DNA from: Eledone cirrhosa
Lineage: Eukaryota
DNA: 64,000 bases
Assembly (NCBI GenBank): GCA_964016885.1
Contig: OZ024749.1
Coordinates: forward strand, 3,968,001-4,032,000
Reading direction: 5' to 3'
Position numbers and translations under genes: made by a program. Numbering within the stretch: position 1 is the first letter of the stretch; the number at the start of each line of letters is the position of its first letter. Below, in pieces: positions 54,900 through 64,000 of this stretch. Under the pieces are notes generated by a model. The model was not told where the DNA came from, did no database searches, and saw nothing but the letters and a program-made list of their open reading frames with translations.

Positions 54900-55560
54900 C
54901 ATCTTGAAAGGAAGCATATTGCTCCCTGAAATTTGGTGACTTTTGCTAACGATTACATTGATAAAAGGTTCACTTAACTGAATTTGAAAACATTTTCACT
55001 GTTGCAAGGGAAACGACAGGAGTTGGACTGTGGGCATAACATGATGGTATTTTGATTAAAAAGCGTGTGTATCCAAAACAATATCGCCAAACAACTTTAT
55101 CTGTATGAGATCTTTGGTAAGCTCACATAGTCCAGACACAATGCCTGAACTAACCAACTGATTCAATGGAGTTTCATTAGGACCTACACTAACATACGTT
55201 TTACAGCAATGATCAGATGATACTTTCAGCGGAAAATTAGATCAGATTTCTCTCAGTCATCCCCCACTGGGGGCTTTGATATTTTTGATATCACCTTCTA
55301 CAACATGCCAACATTTTGGCCTCTTTATAATGATGGATTTGACATTGTTCTGTATAATCTTTGTTCATATGTATGATGCGGCTGCCTTATGCAAACTACA
55401 AAATATGCATGAACACACCTATGCAGATATCCTGATTAACAGCTATATAATTCGTTATATGCAACAGCATGTATTTGATGTGGTTGAATTGCTAATAAAC
55501 TTCAAATTAGACAACTTCTGCCACCTCATGCCGCCCTGACCAGCGATCCGTCTACTTTTT
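54900..55560 (+). mobile_element. Possible decayed CR1-like 3' end
   Basis: cagctatataattcgtta..ttcaaattagacaacttc..cctgaccag resembles QLYNSL..FKxKLDxF..PDQ; weak. Confidence 0.35.
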
Positions 55561-56078
55561 GAAGAACCCGTGGACGGCTTCTTTGGAATAGCTCCCAGAT
55601 CCGATATCGCAGTCCTGGAAACGTATGTTGACATCAGTATATTTAGGGAAAAGAGCCACAAGAGAGATTATAGAGCTTAGAAAATGAGCTAAATACCCTC
55701 ACAACCCATGAATCAACACAATATATCTCCATATATTTACCATCCATTAATCTTGGCACACATCCCCCTAAAACATGCATCAATACATCTATTCGTACAA
55801 GTTGGTTAACAGATATTGATTGCGTTATTCTATATCGCAGTGACATGTTTAAATGTACATGAAAGAGAAGCGGACACAATGTTTATTTTTGCAGTAATTA
55901 TAGTAGCTATGTATTCATTTGTAGTCAGAATGCACCAGGGACAAATACCGAATGATGTTTCTGTTAGGGTGTTTGCCTATTGTTTTCAATAAAATAGCAT
56001 CCCACTTTCTTTTCCTACGCTTCCATCTCACATTCTTCCACAATACAAAGCATGCATGCGTATTTGTACGCCCGTGTG

Positions 56079-56168
<90 letters not shown>

Positions 56169-56606
56169 AAATATTAAACAAATAATGAATAAAACAATGA
56201 AACAGTTCCTTATATTAAACAAAAAAAGTTCATTATTTAACGATCGTTTCTAGGATATATATGTGTTAGAATTGGCATGCATATTCAACAGATCTATGTA
56301 TAAAATTATACAAAATTATACAAACTATCAAGATTAAATATACATACCAACACATATATACGCCGTCTTCAGAAATAATGAAATATATTTATTGATAATA
56401 ACAACAATTCAAAATTTCAGGTCCGTTTGGGAACAAAATTGACCAATGAAAATACAAAAGGTTTTATGCAGTTCGGTGTGTGTATATACATGTAACTACC
56501 CCGTACTCATATTTATACAAAAATGTATGCTCAACATGCATACGCTTGCCAAAAAGATGCACGCAAATACAAAATTTCACTACCGTAAACTCTTGGTAGA
56601 TTTATC

Positions 56607-57890
<1,284 letters not shown>

Positions 57891-58704
57891 TGTATATGTG
57901 TCTTTCGTTCTTACTCTTCCTCCACCGTTAACAATAACGATGCAAGAAGCCTGATCATGACAGTAACAGCGATGGTAATCTTTTCAAACTGATTAATACT
58001 AGTTGGATGGAAGTTTAATGAGGATTACCGGAGGCAGAATGGGAATAATTAGCAATTGGAGATTGCTTTCCTTGATTAAGATATTAATTTCGTAAATAAC
58101 TGATGAAATTCACTGGATGTTTCACTATTAACTGGATGAATTTGTTGCATTTAAACATAACAATAACAAGCGATGTCACAAGACGAGTGTGATTAGATCC
58201 AACCTTCTGTTAACCCACCACGCCACTAAGTTTATCAGGCTAACACCGCCTCATATCACCATCATATCCAACCCAGGAATGAGACTATCGCTACTGAGTC
58301 AATATTATCCTACGCCACCAGCCAGACAGAATATAATGATCACTTAATCTCATTGTGCAATCAATCGGTCGCAATTGGAAAACGATTGTGATCGAATAAT
58401 CATCGTTATAAGCTCGTTTTAAATGACATGGCAAATGAAGTAGCTGAACTTCTGGCGCGGTTTTACTCGAAATAATTAGCGAGTAATTTATACATATGTA
58501 GAAATGTGTGTCAGGGAGCGATAGGGAGATAGAAAGACAGATACAGTGAGAACCTCACAATCGCAGAGAGGAAGAGAGAGACAAGGATATAGAGAGAGGG
58601 GGTGAGATAAGGGATGTAATATTGTCTGTGTCCGTACTTGTCTACTGGCTTGTGTCCAACGAGCCACTGTTTTCTCTCTCTGACTGTTTCCCCCTCTCTA
58701 TCTA

Positions 58705-58813
<109 letters not shown>

Positions 58814-58837
58814 TTCTCTCTCTTTCTCTGTCGCTCT

Positions 58838-58898
<61 letters not shown>

Positions 58899-59517
58899 TT
58901 CGTTTTTGAATTTGCTTTGCAAGATTTCTTATCTGAAAACCTGTGTTGAAACAGATATTGTGATATTTTAGGAGAGTCATGCTGCAAATAAAAACACACG
59001 CACCCATGATTTTCACTTCAATCTATTATACATTTCCGATTGGTCGGTTGATTCTATAACCGGAAAGTTGTTTATATATGTCAACGCTCTTTCGTCACAC
59101 ATTATGTGACCTCTTCAGCGGTTAGGTTTTTATTTTGTGTCTGTCCTTTTTTCTCTCCTACACCATCTTGGTTTAGTAAATTTAGCACTGCACTAACAAT
59201 AAGCGATTATGTGTATATATATATATACATATGCATACACAGTTCAAGAGTAACCAATCTTATAGAGAGAGATGGAGATAGGAGATTACCCATAGGCACA
59301 TCTCACACAATGCAGCCTCGACAGAAGAATACTGCTCGAATATGGCAGACAATATATATATATATATACCCAGGACACCATAGTGAAATACCAATATATT
59401 GAACATTACATTCATGTAACATACTTTCCTTATTTTAATTTATATTCCCTTTGAAGCTCCGATGAGCTGCTCTAATCTTATCTAAGTTAATTATTTTCAA
59501 CTGAACCAGATCAATAA

Positions 59518-60030
59518 TTATTTCTACTTTAGGCACAAGGCCAGCAATTATCGCAGTGCATTACTGGTACTTTATTTTATCGACCCCGTAAGGATGAAAG
59601 GCAAAGTTAACCTCGACGGGATTTGAACTCAGATCATAAAGGGACGTAACTATGCTGGAAAGCATGGCGTCCGACCCTCTACCGATACTGCCAATAATGA
59701 TCTATAATCATTGATCCAGAAATATTATATGGAGTTGCGAAACAATTGTAAACGGACAATAAAATAAAGTACCAGTAATGTTCTGGGTAATTGCTGGCCT
59801 TGTGCCAAAAGAAGAAACAATTATTATTAATATTATATAGGGCAGTGGATTGGCAGTATCGGTAGAGGGTCAGACACCATGCTTTCCAGCATAGTTACGT
59901 CCCTTCACGATCTGAGTTCAAATCCAGCCGAGGTTGACTTTGCCTTTCATCCTTACGGGGTCGATAAAATAAAGTTCCAGTAATGCACTGGGTAATTGCT
60001 GGCCCTGTGCCTAAAATAGAAACAATTATT
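59518..60030. mobile_element. SINE cluster: 59518-59693 (-), 59757-59826 (+, 3' part), 59839-60030 (+)
   Basis: Same SINE consensus. Confidence 0.9.
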
Positions 60031-60145
60031 ATTAATATTATTATTGTTATTCTCTACATTCCTTACATCAAGCTGAAATATGTTGACAATCTTTTAATAA
60101 TGTCTTCCTTGTGAAATTTGTGGTCTTGTTTTGCTTAACTAATGA

Positions 60146-60180
<35 letters not shown>

Positions 60181-60195
60181 TATATATCGAGTGTG

Positions 60196-60288
60196 CAGAA
60201 GTCTGATGAGTTTTCGATTCCAGAGTCGGGTCCGATTGACAGAGATCGAATATTGAGCTAATCAATCGCGAAACGCGCGTCACATCTG
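60196..60288 (+). ncRNA. Type I hammerhead candidate with an enlarged, branched stem II
   Basis: CAGA(A)GT-CTGATGA(60203-60209)-G..CGATTGA..TCAATCG-C-GAAA-CGCGCG-TC-AC(A)TCTG, then AATAAA. Confidence 0.65.
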
Positions 60289-60323
60289 AATAAACCTAAT
60301 GAAAATTAGACACCATGTCCATG

Positions 60324-60390
<67 letters not shown>

Positions 60391-61967
60391 TATTTATGTA
60401 TGCAGTTAACGATGTATGTAGTTAGATAGAAATATAGAGAGAAAAATAGATCTTTGAATACTGAGAAAGAGAGTTAAAGATAACGAGTGAGAGAGGGGAT
60501 ATAGATATAGAGATAGATAGATAGAGAGAAAGAGAGAGCGGGCTGAGAGAGAGTGAGAGAGGTTGGGAAGAGTGAGCGACTAATATTGTGGGTCCGCTGG
60601 TTAGCAGGTGAGATGAACATTGCAGTGATCCATTTCAAAAATGCTTTGAAGCGTTGAAAAATAAAATAAGATCATATTAAATATTTAAATAAAGAATTAC
60701 GTTAGATAACAATATATTACGAACAAAACCTAACAGAAATGATAGAATAGAGTGAGTTTCGAGACCTGAAGTATATCTCATACGCATTCTCTCTCTACTT
60801 TCTCTTTCACTCTGAGAGTAGACGCTATGGAGGATAGAGTGTACAGGTTCTAAAATACCTGAATCCGCTCTATCTCACAAAACTCCATCAACAACCATCA
60901 ATATGTAGCGACCCACAGAGGGAACGTACGAATATCTATCTGGGAATTATCCTTCCGAATTTATACTTCTATTTGTTGCTGAATTTTAAAGGTTGATTTC
61001 ACGTATCACTCATTTCATTTAAAACGTTTGTTCTCATCGAGAATTACCGAGTTCGATTCCATGCAGGCAACATGGTATTTTTTTCTTTCGTATGCAGGGG
61101 TACGTTAACTAATTTTCTCAGCTATAAATTATATTGATCGACTATTATTATTGCTATTTATGTTATACCATGACCATATTTCAATTTCCTTTTATTCGTG
61201 TTTCAAGGAGTAAATCTGACTCTAAAAGGAAATATAATATAGGAAACGTTATGGTGCTTTTATCAGAATGTAACAAGTAAGCAAGACTATTATTTATTGA
61301 TTCATATACAAATAATATGTATTTGCTTAGAATATTTCTAAAATTACTACACACATTTCGATTCCAATTTTCTATGAATTAAAAAAAATATAATTCTGAA
61401 ATAAAGTTTTTCTCGACATTTAATGTGACAATATATAATGTACTTTCGTTGAAGCATTACATGTATATATACACGCAGGCGCACAGGCTCACAGACATGG
61501 TTATATACACGCAGGTGCACATGTTCACACACACACTGTTATATATATGCAGGCGCACAGTCTCACACACATGGTTATATAAACCCATGAGCACATGCTC
61601 ACACATATGCTCATGTATGGAAATATGTAGGTGTTTACAAATGGGTATGTATACGTTGCTTTCCTACTCCCAACCACTCAGAAACTGGGCGTATATATAG
61701 ATATGCACACACATATAATATATATATCATGCATACATATAGAAATAGCAGACAGGTGTACATATACAAACACATATATATATATAATTCGTACGTGAAG
61801 AGTTTTGGGTGTTCATATTACATTTATACACTTTTACTTTGCAAAACATAATATACTAACTGTAGGTGTTGAATGAATTCTCAGTTATACATTAGCTGCT
61901 CTTATATTTGATATCGACTGACTACAGCCTAGCACTAAAAAGTGACACGTATATGTCAACGCTTTAC

Positions 61968-62075
<108 letters not shown>

Positions 62076-62659
62076 GGAATAGAATGAAACGAAATTTCAT
62101 TTCTCACTCTTAGTACGGCACTTACTTAAATGTAAGTATGCATGTATGTATGTATACGTACATAAATATATGTATACAGACGTATAGTAGTATGTATATA
62201 TATACATATATGCACATATACATATATATGCACGTATTGGTTTACCGAACATTTATTATAATGCTCGGTTTGTGTGTTCGTAAACAAACAAACAGCCCGA
62301 ATTACGCCGTACAGTGTTTAGGCAACCACGTCACATATTTGTTCAACACTGACACAGGAACGATGTACTAGTTTCAAGCTTATTAGCTATCGTCAGCATC
62401 GTATACCTTCCTGCCAGATAGTAGAACGTCTGAAAGTATATATTTCCCTATGCATATTAACGGCTGAGCAGCCTAATTCGCATATCGAGTGAGTTCAGTC
62501 GGCAGGGCACACCGAAAACGATAAATGGAATAGAATGAAACGAAATTTCATTTCTCACTCTTAGAACGGCACTTACTTAAATGTAAGTATGTATGTATGT
62601 ATACGTACATACATATATGTATACAGACGTATAGTAGTATGTATATATATACATACATG

Positions 62660-62691
<32 letters not shown>

Positions 62692-63161
62692 ATGCTCGGT
62701 TTGTTTGTTTGTAAACAAACAAACAACCCGAATTTTGCCGTACAGTGTTTTGGCAATCACGTCACCTTTTTGTTCAACAATGACACAGGAACGATGTACT
62801 AGTTTCAAGCTTTCCTTATGCATATAAGGATGTATGTATGTATACGTACATACATATATGTATACAGACGTACAGTAGTATGTATATATATATACATACA
62901 TGCACACATATATACATATGCACGTAACGGTATATGCATAAGGAAAGTATATACTTTCAGACGTTCAACCATCTGGCAGGAAGGTATACGATGCTGACCA
63001 ATAGCTAATAAGCTTAAAGCTAGTACATCGTTCCTGTGTCAATGTTGAACAAAAAGTTGACGTGGTTGCCTAAACACTGTACGGCGTAATTAGGGCTGTT
63101 TGTTTGTTTACAAACAAACAAACCGACCATTATAATAAATGTTCAGTAAACCGATACGTGC

Positions 63162-63246
<85 letters not shown>

Positions 63247-63320
63247 CATGTATGTATATATATACATACTCCTATACGTCTGTATACATATATGTATGTA
63301 CGTATACATACATACTTACA
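62076..63320. mobile_element. Tandem plus inverted arrangement of a Penelope pLTR-like repeat
   Basis: 62076-62400 is repeated at 62526-62812 and inverted at about 62932-63320; homologous to 47460-47955. Confidence 0.8.
62361..62401 (-). ncRNA. Minimal type I hammerhead ribozyme (Penelope-type, palindromic stem III)
   Basis: CGATG-CTGACGA-TAGCT.AATA.AGCTT-GAAA-CTAG-TA-CATCG; all core nucleotides present; GUA site. Confidence 0.85.
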
Positions 63321-63352
63321 TATATATATATACGTATACATACATACATACT

Positions 63353-63432
<80 letters not shown>

Positions 63433-63699
63433 CATATGTGTATGAGTGTGTGCGCGCGTGTGTGTAATTATTAACGTAAAACGTTGTGGACTTCTCTACA
63501 AATCACGTGTTATACGGAAAATAGGGTGTGTAAAATACAATGACTTATCTTCTGGTTATTAAGAAAATTTCTCTATTGAAAAGGTCTTAGCTCAGTTTAC
63601 AGTCTTTTTAATGTATTTCCATTAAAGTCTTTCGTGAAATGTTTTTTGTTTATATTTATCTCACGTGTTTGGGCGCTGTGCTCTGCTAAAGACAGGACA

Positions 63700-64000
63700 C
63701 TAAGCAGTACACCAACATCTTACAATATATGCTACAGGATAATACATACTCCGAAGAAGCCAAAAGCTAAATAAATTGATGACACAAATCACTGATTTCC
63801 TGAACTTAAATATCGTAATCTCTATGGGTTGCCGAAATTACATTAGCATAAAGGATTTAATGAGACATTTAAAATGGCAAATACAAATTGTGTTTGTATT
63901 CACATACCAGGTGACTTCATACTATGACCTATTATGGTGGAATCAATTTACGAAAGACATCACCGAAGCAATTTCTTTTACATCTTATTGACACTTTACT
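63700..64000 (+). pseudogene. Decayed Penelope-like reverse transcriptase fragment
   Basis: aatctctatgggttgccgaaattacat = NLYGLPKLH (PLE YGLPKIHK motif), followed by DFIL*PIM (an LRPI-like motif). Confidence 0.6.

Overview
AT-rich eukaryotic DNA with no recognisable host protein-coding exon. It is most likely a cephalopod (Octopus-like), inferred from the tRNA-derived SINE families and the dense (TA)n/(TAA)n tracts. The first 13 kb is a same-strand cluster of restriction-endonuclease-type (R4/Dong clade) non-LTR retrotransposons, mostly nested in each other's (TAA)n tails, including one uninterrupted 1130-aa ORF (6000-9392). The rest is a mosaic of Tx1/L1, RTE, CR1 and Penelope-like fragments, about 20 SINE copies, a mariner-type MITE and microsatellites. 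Nearly all ORFs beyond 19 kb are microsatellite artefacts. The most unusual signal is non-coding: several unrelated short-repeat families carry type I hammerhead ribozyme motifs. These include a tandem pair 593 nt apart with the compensatory U3-A8 core (UUGAUAA), forming a retrozyme/pLTR-like unit, and a series of fold-back palindromes that turn around inside the hammerhead. All structures were read by eye; none was folded computationally, searched or assayed.
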